Shown: positions 31,057 through 40,325 of the stretch, piece after piece
Position numbering within the stretch: position 1 is the first letter of the stretch
Layout of the letters: each line of letters starts with the position of its first letter
From: Spirochaetia bacterium
Lineage (GTDB): Bacteria > Spirochaetota > Spirochaetia > WTKD01 > G963693115
Direction of reading: 5' to 3'
DNA: 64,000 nucleotides
NCBI GenBank assembly: GCA_965226055.1
Contig: CBDDCA010000006.1
Location: forward strand, 512,001 to 576,000
The notes under the pieces: generated by a model
Database searches by the model: none
The model's input: only the letters and a program-made list of their open reading frames with translations
What the model was told of the DNA's origin: nothing
Made by a program: the position numbers and the translations under genes

Positions 31057-32142
31057 TTACTTAAATGTATCAAAAATAACCTTAATGGAATTTTGTGATG
31101 GATCCTGTGTTGTATCAAACGCTTTTTTCCAATCATCTAGTGCAAACCTATGGGTGACCACCCCTTTTGTTGGTAAGTCCCCTGAACGTATCCATTCAAT
31201 AACTGGCTCATAACAAAAAGGACTCAGGTGTACCCCATAGAGATTTAATTCTTTTCTATCACTGATAATACTCCAATCAACTGTTGTCGCATCCTTAAAT
31301 ACACTAAACTCAACAAAAGTTCCCATTTTCCTTATAGCATGTAAGCCTTGTACGACACTATCTGGATGCCCTGTTGCTTCTATATAGACATCACAGCCAT
31401 ATCCTCCTGTCATGTCTGTAATTGTTTTTACTACATCATCCTTTTTAGGGTTTAATACAATATCTGCACCAAACTCTTTTGCCATTGCTAATCTATCATC
31501 ACGCAAATCAATAACAACAAATTTTTTAGGATTTTTAAGTTTTATGCATCCTACCATCCCCAAACCAAGCGGGCCAGCACCAGAAAGCACTACAACATCT
31601 TCATTTGTCATAAGCGATCTATCAACACAATGTTTAGAACACGCATACGGTTCTATTAAGATAGCATCCTCTATTGGAATATCATCTGGCACATGAAACA
31701 CAATAGCTTCTTTTGTAAATTTCATGTATTCTGCCATTCCACCATTTACGTTATTTTGAAAGCCATATAAATCATGCTTCTGACACATCCAATGTCTCCC
31801 TGTTCGACAAAACATACATTCCCAACATGGCACTATTTGCTCAGAAATAACCCTATCACCAATCTTAAAATCTCCTTTTACGCCTTCCCCTAACTCAACT
31901 ATATGTCCGACAAACTCATGTCCTGGAATAACAGGCTCTTTCATATACTTTGGCTGTCCTCCAGTACCCCAAAAGCTAGGAGCTCCTTTATATGCCTTGA
32001 TGTCCCCTGCACAAATACCACAAGCCTCTAGTTTAATCACTATTTCTTCTCTTCCTGCTCGTGGAACATCCACTACTTCCAAACGATAATCTTCTGGTGC
32101 ATATGCAACCAGAGCTTTCATTTTTGATGGTAAATCACTCAT
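31057..32142 (-). CDS. Zn-dependent polyol dehydrogenase (erythritol/L-threitol dehydrogenase-like, MDR family)
   Basis: CGICAGD, PGHEFVG, CWECMFCRTGRHWMC, GAGPLG; last gene of a sugar ABC operon. Confidence 0.8.
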   Translation of the reverse strand: MSDLPSKMKALVAYAPEDYRLEVVDVPRAGREEIVIKLEACGICAGDIKAYKGAPSFWGTGGQPKYMKEPVIPGHEFVGHIVELGEGVKGDFKIGDRVISEQIVPCWECMFCRTGRHWMCQKHDLYGFQNNVNGGMAEYMKFTKEAIVFHVPDDIPIEDAILIEPYACSKHCVDRSLMTNEDVVVLSGAGPLGLGMVGCIKLKNPKKFVVIDLRDDRLAMAKEFGADIVLNPKKDDVVKTITDMTGGYGCDVYIEATGHPDSVVQGLHAIRKMGTFVEFSVFKDATTVDWSIISDRKELNLYGVHLSPFCYEPVIEWIRSGDLPTKGVVTHRFALDDWKKAFDTTQDPSQNSIKVIFDTFK

Positions 32143-32153
32143 ACTACCTCCTA

Positions 32154-33215
32154 TTATTTTTTATTAAATATATGTACTTTACCGTCATTAAAAGTGATAC
32201 GTATTGTATCATTCGCTGTATACCGAACATTATCATAGAGTGATATCATAAAATACATATCCTCTGTAAGATGTATACTTATGCGCTTTTCTTCCCCTAA
32301 ATTTTCAAATACTGTTATTTTTATAGGATCTCCTTGTTTTGATATAGTAATATCATCAGGACGAATACCAAATCTCACTGTTTGTCCTTGCTTTACTTGA
32401 TCTTCACAGCTCTTTGGTACTTGTATTTTGTTTCCATAAAATGAAAAAAATTTCTTGCTCCCAATCTGTTCTATATCAGCATCTAAAATATTCATCGGAG
32501 GATCACCAATAAACTCTGCTACAAACTCATTCTCAGGACTATTAAAAATAGTGGCAGGGCTATCAAACTGCTGCAAGACTCCAAGATTCATAATTACCAT
32601 TTTGTCCGCTAAAGACATTGCTTCTAACTGATCATGAGTTACTAAAATAGTAGTACACCCAATTTCTTTATGAAGTTTTCGTATTTCTTGACGTAATACC
32701 TGACGTAGCTTTCCATCAAGATGAGACATAGGTTCATCTAACAGTAATATGCGAGGACTTCTTATAATAGCTCTTGCTATGTTCACTCTTTGTTTTTGTC
32801 CACCACTGAGTTCTCGTGGCAATTTGTACAAAATATCAGTAACATGAAGCAACTCAGCAATGGTATGGACCTGCTTTTTTACTTCACTTTCAGGCATTTT
32901 TTTTGCTCGTAAATTAAATGCCATATTATCAAATACATTCAGAGGAGGATACAGAGCATAATCTTCAAAAGCTAAACCAATCCCTCTATCCTTTGGAGCT
33001 AAATCATTGATGATAGTGCCATTAATATGTATTTCTCCTTTTGTAATAGTTTCTAGGCCTGCAATCATACGTAATGTAGTTGTTTTTCCACATCCAGAAG
33101 GCCCTAATATTGCTACAAAATCTCCACTTTCACAACAAAAACTAAGATCATTCACTGCATACTCCGATGAGGTATCATATTGTTTGTATAAATTGTGAAT
33201 GAATAACTGCGCCAA
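32154..33215 (-). CDS. Carbohydrate ABC transporter ATP-binding protein
   Basis: GPSGCGKTT, LSGGQKQR, LLLDEP. Confidence 0.93.
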   Translation of the reverse strand: MAQLFIHNLYKQYDTSSEYAVNDLSFCCESGDFVAILGPSGCGKTTTLRMIAGLETITKGEIHINGTIINDLAPKDRGIGLAFEDYALYPPLNVFDNMAFNLRAKKMPESEVKKQVHTIAELLHVTDILYKLPRELSGGQKQRVNIARAIIRSPRILLLDEPMSHLDGKLRQVLRQEIRKLHKEIGCTTILVTHDQLEAMSLADKMVIMNLGVLQQFDSPATIFNSPENEFVAEFIGDPPMNILDADIEQIGSKKFFSFYGNKIQVPKSCEDQVKQGQTVRFGIRPDDITISKQGDPIKITVFENLGEEKRISIHLTEDMYFMISLYDNVRYTANDTIRITFNDGKVHIFNKK

Positions 33216-34322
33216 CTACATACCCCCAGTTCTTGTGATAAAGCGTTCGTCTTTACTATCAAAAAATAACAAGGCCTGTGTATCAATGCTACAATATATT
33301 ACATCATCAACATGTAACACAACATTTCCCGGAACAAGCGTATCAAAATATATTCCTAAACACTTAACCTTTACTACATATCTATTTCCTATTGAATAAA
33401 AATTTTCAATAGTACCTTTATGAAACCCTTTTTTTTGTTCAAATGATACTTTTATATCTATACCACGTATCCCCACAATAACAGTATCACTAGAACATTG
33501 CTTTGAAAGTTCCTTGTACACTCCCTTATCAATATCCCATACGATACTAGAATCTATAGGTATAATCTTGTTGTCACTCAATGTACAGGTATAGACATTT
33601 ATCTCTGGTTCTCCTACCAACTTTGCAACAAAAAGATTTACTGGTCTATAATATACATCGTCAGGGCTTGCTACTTGTACTATCTTTCCTTCGTTAATGA
33701 CCACAATTTTATCTGCTAAACTCAGAGCTTCAAGATAATCGTGAGTAACATATATTGTTGTTGTGTCTAATTGCTGTTGAATAGCTTTCAGTTCTGTTCT
33801 CATAGCATTCTTTAGCTTTGCGTCAAGGTGTGCAAGTGGTTCATCCATTAAAAATACATTAGGCGTTCGCACTAAGGCTCTTCCTAACGCTACACGTTGT
33901 CGTTGCCCGTTACTTAATTGTGAAGGGTATCTATGAAGAAGGTGATTGATATTCATTTTTTTTGTAATGCTATCAATTACCTCTTTTATTTTTTTTTCAT
34001 CTGTTTTGTATTCAGGACTCCGCAACGGAAACGCTATATTATCATACACGGTAAAATGAGGGTATAAAGCATAGTTTTCAAATACCATCGCTACATTTCT
34101 TTTATCGGGAACAACATTATCCATAGGAACATCGTCAAACAATATACTTCCTTCTTCATATGATTGAATTCCAGAAATTACTGAAAGCAATGTAGTTTTT
34201 CCTGCTCCTGCAGGACCAAAGAGTACAACAAACTCCCTCTCCTTTACCTCAAATGAGACACGAGACAGTGCTTCTACATGCTCATATTTTTTTGTAACAG
34301 TATCTATTGTTATTTTTGCCAT
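33216..34322 (-). CDS. Carbohydrate ABC transporter ATP-binding protein (second ATPase)
   Basis: GPAGAGKTT, LSNGQRQR, FLMDEP. Confidence 0.92.
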   Translation of the reverse strand: MAKITIDTVTKKYEHVEALSRVSFEVKEREFVVLFGPAGAGKTTLLSVISGIQSYEEGSILFDDVPMDNVVPDKRNVAMVFENYALYPHFTVYDNIAFPLRSPEYKTDEKKIKEVIDSITKKMNINHLLHRYPSQLSNGQRQRVALGRALVRTPNVFLMDEPLAHLDAKLKNAMRTELKAIQQQLDTTTIYVTHDYLEALSLADKIVVINEGKIVQVASPDDVYYRPVNLFVAKLVGEPEINVYTCTLSDNKIIPIDSSIVWDIDKGVYKELSKQCSSDTVIVGIRGIDIKVSFEQKKGFHKGTIENFYSIGNRYVVKVKCLGIYFDTLVPGNVVLHVDDVIYCSIDTQALLFFDSKDERFITRTGGM

Positions 34323-34323
34323 A

Positions 34324-35166
34324 CTATCCTTTCACTGCACCAAAACTTAACCCTCTTACAAGATGCTTTTGTATCATAATTGCAAGTATAACTTCTGGTA
34401 ACACTGCTATAAGAGACGCAGCTGCCATCTGTCCATAATGTACCGTATCAGAAGCAAGATACTTTATTGATGACACAGTAATAGTTTCTACCGAATATCC
34501 ACTTAAAAGAAGCCCAAAAGTAAAACTGTTCCATGCAAAAATAAACGCAAGCAAACATGATGCCACTAAACCAGGACGTATAAGAGGCAATAATATCTTA
34601 AAAAAGATATGGTATCTCTTATACCCATCAATACGTGCAGCATGTTCTATATCTACCGAAATATCTTCAAAATATCCTCTGAGTACCCATATCAACAGCG
34701 GAAGTGTAATAAGCTGATATACCCATATAAGTCCAAAATAGGTATCGTACAGCCCTATTTTTTGATAAATAAGAAACAATGGTAATATGACCAATATTTC
34801 TGGAGCAAACCTAAACGATAGTATAGTAAAAGCAAAATTCTCTTTTCCTTTAAATGTATATCTTGCTAAGGCATATGCTGCTGGGGTACCTACTACTACA
34901 GAAAATAACACTGCTCCTACACTGACTATCATATTATCAAGAAACGCACTAATATAATCTGTCCCTATCAACACTTTAGAATAATTTTCTAAGGTAGGCT
35001 TGAATATAAATGTTGTTCGATAAATGTCAGCATCACTCTTAAAAGAAATAAGGAGCATCCATACTATAGGAAACAAGGAAAAAATAACCCACACTCCAAG
35101 CAACGATAACAAAAGTATATTCACTAATTTTGTTTTCACAGTACGTGTTAGCATTTTCTTCATCAT
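34324..35166 (-). CDS. Carbohydrate ABC transporter permease
   Basis: Six hydrophobic segments, EHAARIDG EAA motif, FIFAWN. Confidence 0.92.
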   Translation of the reverse strand: MMKKMLTRTVKTKLVNILLLSLLGVWVIFSLFPIVWMLLISFKSDADIYRTTFIFKPTLENYSKVLIGTDYISAFLDNMIVSVGAVLFSVVVGTPAAYALARYTFKGKENFAFTILSFRFAPEILVILPLFLIYQKIGLYDTYFGLIWVYQLITLPLLIWVLRGYFEDISVDIEHAARIDGYKRYHIFFKILLPLIRPGLVASCLLAFIFAWNSFTFGLLLSGYSVETITVSSIKYLASDTVHYGQMAAASLIAVLPEVILAIMIQKHLVRGLSFGAVKG

Positions 35167-35169
35167 ATG

Positions 35170-36054
35170 TTACCCATTCACCCTTTTTAAGGACACAAGC
35201 ATTCTTTTTACAAGGATACTACTGATAAAATATATAATTGCCCATAACACTAACAAATAAGGAATTGCACTAGCAAGTCGTGAAAAAGCAAAGCCTATGG
35301 TATATCCTCGAAGAGACAAGGTCATCGTAGCATCTCCAGGACCTCCTTTTGTAAGAGCAAAAATGATTGCAAACTCCTGAAACGCTGCCATTAACCTAAA
35401 TATTATTGCTATATATAAAAACGGTTTTAGTAAAGGAAGCAATAATTTTCTAAACACAAATAGTGGGCTTCCTCCGTCTATTTGAGCTGATTCAAACGGA
35501 GATTTTGGAAGTGTATTAAGCCCTGCCAACACAAGCAACATAACAAAGGGAGTGTACACCCAGACATCAATAAGTGCTACTGTAAGAAGTGCTGTTTTAG
35601 GATCTGCTGCCCAAGGAAAATTATAGATATTGAATACATTGAGAAATTTTTCAATAATACCCACCGAAGTATTCAACATAAGCTGCCATACTAACGTTGC
35701 AATAACAGGGGCAACCATAAGAGGTATGATTAAAGCAACCTTTAAGATGTTAATCCATACCCCTGAAAACCGATATAAAAGCAATGCAATACAAAGCCCT
35801 AACACAAGTTCTAGTGCAGTAGTCAGAAAAGCATATGATATAGTAGTGCCAAGCGATCGCCAAAATGCCGAATCGCTTAGCATAGCAATCCAGTTTTTTC
35901 CTCCTATAAATTTCATTACAGGAGCCCTAAAAGAATAGCTAGTAAAAGAAAGTATAATAGAATAAATAAACGGAATTATGATACCAACAGTCGTAATAAG
36001 TGCGGGTAAAAATACGACATACGGTTCCCAATTTCTCTTACTACTCACATTCAT
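35170..36054 (-). CDS. Carbohydrate ABC transporter permease
   Basis: DVWVYTPFVMLLVLAGL, ESAQIDG, LTKGGPG. Confidence 0.92.
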   Translation of the reverse strand: MNVSSKRNWEPYVVFLPALITTVGIIIPFIYSIILSFTSYSFRAPVMKFIGGKNWIAMLSDSAFWRSLGTTISYAFLTTALELVLGLCIALLLYRFSGVWINILKVALIIPLMVAPVIATLVWQLMLNTSVGIIEKFLNVFNIYNFPWAADPKTALLTVALIDVWVYTPFVMLLVLAGLNTLPKSPFESAQIDGGSPLFVFRKLLLPLLKPFLYIAIIFRLMAAFQEFAIIFALTKGGPGDATMTLSLRGYTIGFAFSRLASAIPYLLVLWAIIYFISSILVKRMLVSLKRVNG

Positions 36055-36105
36055 ATGTTATAGTTCCTCTTACATATACAACTAACATGCTTACTTACAA
36101 TATAG

Positions 36106-37515
36106 CTATTCTATATTTGCAAGTACCGTATCCATTTTTACCTTTAAGGCATTCATACCATCCTCAACTGTTGCATATCGTCCCGATACAATATCTTGAA
36201 TCGTTGCTGCCCATTCGGTAGTAAGTTCAAAAAAATGTGGTTGAGGAGTAAAGAGAATGGATGTTCCTCCTATCGTTTTTGCAAATGTTTCAAGATAGCC
36301 TTCTGCTTGCCCTACTATTTCTTGAAATTCAGGATGATTAAATACAGAACTGCGTGGTGGATCAACCGCTTTATCCTTTGTCACTGACCATAGTTGATAT
36401 TCTTTATTTGTGAAATACTGTAAAAACAACCATGCTGCTCCTTTATTTTTTGAAGATGAATTCATTGCCATAGACCATACCCATAAATTAGACTTTCTGT
36501 CACTATCTACTTTTCCTTCTGGAAGAGGAGCAGGTACCCATGCTATATTTCCAGATTCTTGAGAAGCTCCAGCAAAATTTTGAAAATACAATGTATTATC
36601 TGCTGCAAAGCCCATAGCTGCTTTTTTTGCTCCAACATCGGTACTTACTTGATACCATGTGTATGTAGACCATGTGGGAGCTCCACCTTTTTTTATCAAT
36701 TCTACCCAATCTTTTGTCATTTGAATAGCTTCGGGTGAGTTGACTGCTGAAACCAATTTTCCATTTTGCTTAACAATATCTTTTGCACCATAGTTTGCAT
36801 ATGTAGTAATATATTCTGGATGGATAGTAGCCCAGTTTCGTGTTCCTCGAAGGGCAACACCATAGGTGCCTGGACCATCAAATTCATTTAGCTTTTCTGA
36901 TACATCAATTAACTCACGTATCGTTTTAGGAGGACTAAGCCCTTTTTCTCTCAATACATCTTTATTATACCCAAGTGAGTACAGTTCAAATCCCATAGGG
37001 AGCGCCCAAAGCTCTCCTGTACCTACTGCATCACCAGGCACTAAATTCCAACGTAAGGATCCCAGCACTCCTTCAAAAAAATCATCAACATCATAATCAC
37101 TTGCAGTAAGGCTAGTGTTTTTTATGTATTCATCAAGTGGTTCTACATATCCCGCTGTTGCATAATCCCATATCTGATATGCACCAGTCATAAAAATATC
37201 AGGAACCCCCGAACGGCTAGTGAGAGTAGTACTCACTTTATCAAAATAGTTTTCTTCTGGAGTATCACTAAATTCTAGCGTAATGCCTGTAGCTTCTTCA
37301 AACTCTTTTACTTTCTTAGAAATAGCATCGGCATACGGGTGCTTATTAAATAAAATGGTGAGCTTGGTCCCTTCATACCGTCTCCAATCAAAAGCTCCTG
37401 TCGCTTCTAGTGGATTACCACTTTCTTTACTTGCTTTTTTAGAACAAGAAACAGCAAATAGAGAAACTACTATGATTATTAAAAACAAGACTGTTTTTAA
37501 GCCTACTTTTTTCAT
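36106..37515 (-). CDS. Carbohydrate ABC transporter substrate-binding lipoprotein
   Basis: Start ATG 37515 after AAGGAGG; MKK...FAVS-C lipobox; FEEATGI, KNKGAAWLFLQY; the extension to 37653 is an artefact of the IS-end copy. Confidence 0.9.
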   Translation of the reverse strand: MKKVGLKTVLFLIIIVVSLFAVSCSKKASKESGNPLEATGAFDWRRYEGTKLTILFNKHPYADAISKKVKEFEEATGITLEFSDTPEENYFDKVSTTLTSRSGVPDIFMTGAYQIWDYATAGYVEPLDEYIKNTSLTASDYDVDDFFEGVLGSLRWNLVPGDAVGTGELWALPMGFELYSLGYNKDVLREKGLSPPKTIRELIDVSEKLNEFDGPGTYGVALRGTRNWATIHPEYITTYANYGAKDIVKQNGKLVSAVNSPEAIQMTKDWVELIKKGGAPTWSTYTWYQVSTDVGAKKAAMGFAADNTLYFQNFAGASQESGNIAWVPAPLPEGKVDSDRKSNLWVWSMAMNSSSKNKGAAWLFLQYFTNKEYQLWSVTKDKAVDPPRSSVFNHPEFQEIVGQAEGYLETFAKTIGGTSILFTPQPHFFELTTEWAATIQDIVSGRYATVEDGMNALKVKMDTVLANIE

Positions 37516-37579
37516 ACAAACCCTCCTTGTATATACACACTTTGTTATTTTTTTAATATAAAAATAACTTACCAAATTA

Positions 37580-37608
37580 AATATACAATATTTATAATAA
37601 AAAGTCAA
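37580..37608 (-). promoter_or_regulatory. Predicted sigma70 promoter of the sugar ABC operon (TTGACT-N17-TATATT)
   Basis: Minus strand ttgact ttttattataaatattg tatatt. Confidence 0.6.
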
Positions 37609-37626
37609 GCAGCTTGTAATGAAAAA

Positions 37627-37667
37627 CACGAGTTCAAGGATTAAATGCGACAAAGGAGCAAAAAAAG
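37627..37667 (+). mobile_element. Orphan left end of the IS30-family element (41 bp)
   Basis: Identical to 8972-9012 (cacgagttcaaggattaaatgcgacaaaggagcaaaaaaag); no transposase or IRR follows. Confidence 0.88.
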
Positions 37668-37764
37668 AGCAAGCAAAAAAACAATATTTATGCTATCATA
37701 TTATAATAGATATTGTTATATATAATTCTATTTTTCCATATTCATCATATAAAGGTATAAAAAT

Positions 37765-38487
37765 ATGAAAGAAAAAAAACAAACGATTGAAAAAACAAGT
37801 AAAAGCAAAAATACAAAATCTACTACTACAAATGCTACAAAAAAAAGCAAAGTAAGTACAGTAGAAAAAAAAACAAAAGCAAAGAGTACTCCTACAAGCA
37901 TAAAATCTGCTACTGCTAAACAACAGGCATCAAGGACACTAAAAAAAATAATAACAGAATTACCATTTCAAATTGATAGCTTTGTATTTTACCCAAACGA
38001 AGGAGTAGGGCAAATTATTGATATTGAAGAACGCACATTTGATAACGAGACAATTCCATACTATGTTATAAAGTTTGTGAGTCAAAAAATGATATCACGT
38101 ATTCCAACAAAAAATATCAAAATATTGCGTATTCGAAAAGTCATTTCAAAAAATTATGTCCAAAAAATATGGAAAACATTAGAAGAAGTAAACAGTATAT
38201 CCGAATTACCCTGGAAAGATCGATTACTAAAACACCAAGAAGTACTAAAAAAAGGAAATGCCCTTGAGACAGCCGAAATGCTTACTTCTTTATACATACG
38301 GGGACTAGAAAGACAATTATCATTTCAAGAAAGACAGTACTATGATTTTGCTTTTGATTCTTTACGTGATGAATTATCCATTGTACTCAACTTAGATAGC
38401 ATACAAACATCACAATCTATCAAAAAAAGCCTTAAAAAAAGTCAAGAAAAACTTCCATCTCGTGCCAACGCGTCCCCCTCTGAATAA
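37765..38487 (+). CDS. carD: CarD/CdnL-family RNA polymerase-binding regulator with Lys-rich N-terminal extension
   Basis: FQIDSFVFYPNEGVGQIIDIEER, YYVIK, RIP, LRIRKVIS, W..R, LSFQERQYY, DELSIVL. Confidence 0.85.
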   Translation: MKEKKQTIEKTSKSKNTKSTTTNATKKSKVSTVEKKTKAKSTPTSIKSATAKQQASRTLKKIITELPFQIDSFVFYPNEGVGQIIDIEERTFDNETIPYYVIKFVSQKMISRIPTKNIKILRIRKVISKNYVQKIWKTLEEVNSISELPWKDRLLKHQEVLKKGNALETAEMLTSLYIRGLERQLSFQERQYYDFAFDSLRDELSIVLNLDSIQTSQSIKKSLKKSQEKLPSRANASPSE

Positions 38488-38490
38488 CAT

Positions 38491-40272
38491 ATGCAATGTA
38501 AACACTACAACACCAGTATTTTTGCCTTTTTTCATAGATACATATTTGTTCACATATGGATTTTTATTGTATTACTACTACTCATTCCGTCATTACAGAG
38601 CCACGCACAATTATCTGCAGATCCCAACAATGAAATTTATAAACATATTGATAAATGGGTAGGGCGTGGCTATGTCACCCAACTGCCTGCATTTCGTCCA
38701 CTTCCTCTCACTGTACTACAAGACATTCTTGAAACAGTCATAAAAGTCGGGAGCTTTCGTGATCGTATCATTGCACAACAATTCTTAGCAAGAGTCGACA
38801 CTACAATAGTGGAAAACAATACCTATGGCATCTTTAATACCGCTCCCAATAACGATAATAACACAGGGTATGGAGCGTTACTCAAAGGAGGCTCTTTATT
38901 TTCTGCGTCATCATTTCTTACTCCTCTCATTAGCATATCTGCCTCATTTGGACTAAACGCAACATACACTTCGAAATTTTCACAAAAAGACAGAGTGTTA
39001 TTTTCAAAACCTTTCATTCACCCATATGTGAGTATACTTGATGATTCTCCTGATGATGGAATAAAATTTCAAAATGTATTGGGAGGTGCTACCATAGCAG
39101 CAGCATGGGCATCTCGCTCCAGCTTTACTGTTGGAAAAAAAGATCTGTTTGTCCAAACAGGCATTATGCAAAGAAGCATAGGACTTTCTCATGATGATGG
39201 GCTTATTGTAAGTCCCGTTGCAAAGTATAGTCCCAATGCGATAGTATTCTGGAGACTCAAGCATGTATCATTCACATGGGCATTTTTTGCATTATCCGCA
39301 AGACAGCAATTTCAGGAATTTTCGGTGGACGAACGAGGCTTTATCAATTATTCAAGAAGCACCTCAGATAGACTTGGAAAGTATTTCTTTTATAATGCAG
39401 TAAACTGGTATGTAAATCCAAATATAGAGTTATTTGTATTCGAATCTGTCATGTTTGGCACTTTCAATTTTAGCTATCTGCTGCCATTTAAGTATATGTA
39501 TGCAGTAGATTCTCTTGGAGATTTTGCAGAAGGAAATCTCATGATAGGCGGAGGCATAAAACTTCGACTCAATAATACACTCACTTTTCCTACTACGATT
39601 GTTGTTGATGATTTTGATCCTATTGCATTTATGCAAGGGAGCTTAAATAGTGCAAAAAAAATAGCATTAGAAACAGGAGTAAACTGGTATCCTATCAGCT
39701 TGTTCTTAAAGAATATTTCATTTAAGTATCAAATTATTGGCTCCTATACTTTTAGTCATGGTGCAGTAGGAGATGCATATACTGGTCATGCAGTAGGATT
39801 TAATTATACAAACCATACCCATTATTCACGACACTTTGGAAGCACTATGCCTCCCAGTTCCCATAGATTTACCGTAAACACCACAATCACTCCCATTAGC
39901 TTTTTAGAACTAACATTTTTCATGCGGTTTATGCAGCACAATAATCCGTCAGTAGGATTTCTCAATGGACCTCTCAATGATGGATCTATTTATGATGACG
40001 GACAATACTCTGCATTTGATAGCCCTACCGATAATATTAATGCATATAAAAAAAGAGGCTCCCTTGATTTCCTTACTGGAACCATAGAAAATACATTCTA
40101 TGTGGGATCCATCATTGATATTCTTGATATTCAGCTTACAAAATACTTAGCTTTATATGGCAACCTACACTACGAATTTCGTTATACTATCAATAAAAAC
40201 TTAATTGACAACAATAACGAGCAACGACATGAAGTAAGCGGATTACTAGGACTTCGTATAAAGCTCTATTAA
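38491..40272 (+). CDS. Probable outer-membrane beta-barrel protein (Wzi-like/spirochaete hypothetical)
   Basis: Signal peptide (SHA-Q), N-terminal helical YKHIDKW...GY...LP..RP segment, amphipathic strands, C-terminal GLRIKLY. Confidence 0.5.
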   Translation: MQCKHYNTSIFAFFHRYIFVHIWIFIVLLLLIPSLQSHAQLSADPNNEIYKHIDKWVGRGYVTQLPAFRPLPLTVLQDILETVIKVGSFRDRIIAQQFLARVDTTIVENNTYGIFNTAPNNDNNTGYGALLKGGSLFSASSFLTPLISISASFGLNATYTSKFSQKDRVLFSKPFIHPYVSILDDSPDDGIKFQNVLGGATIAAAWASRSSFTVGKKDLFVQTGIMQRSIGLSHDDGLIVSPVAKYSPNAIVFWRLKHVSFTWAFFALSARQQFQEFSVDERGFINYSRSTSDRLGKYFFYNAVNWYVNPNIELFVFESVMFGTFNFSYLLPFKYMYAVDSLGDFAEGNLMIGGGIKLRLNNTLTFPTTIVVDDFDPIAFMQGSLNSAKKIALETGVNWYPISLFLKNISFKYQIIGSYTFSHGAVGDAYTGHAVGFNYTNHTHYSRHFGSTMPPSSHRFTVNTTITPISFLELTFFMRFMQHNNPSVGFLNGPLNDGSIYDDGQYSAFDSPTDNINAYKKRGSLDFLTGTIENTFYVGSIIDILDIQLTKYLALYGNLHYEFRYTINKNLIDNNNEQRHEVSGLLGLRIKLY

Positions 40273-40325
40273 CTATAATGCTGGCTGATAGCTTTAATAG
40301 AGCTTTCATAGCTGGAAGAATATGA

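Noticed and set aside
33968-33977. T/A runs of 7-10 nt inside coding regions as phase-variation sites
   Set aside because: Common in this AT-rich, Lys-rich genome, and the frames are intact.
37516-37653. 46-aa N-terminal extension of the sugar-binding lipoprotein beginning MSHLILELV
   Set aside because: Same artefact from the orphan IS end; the signal peptide starts at 37515 after AAGGAGG.
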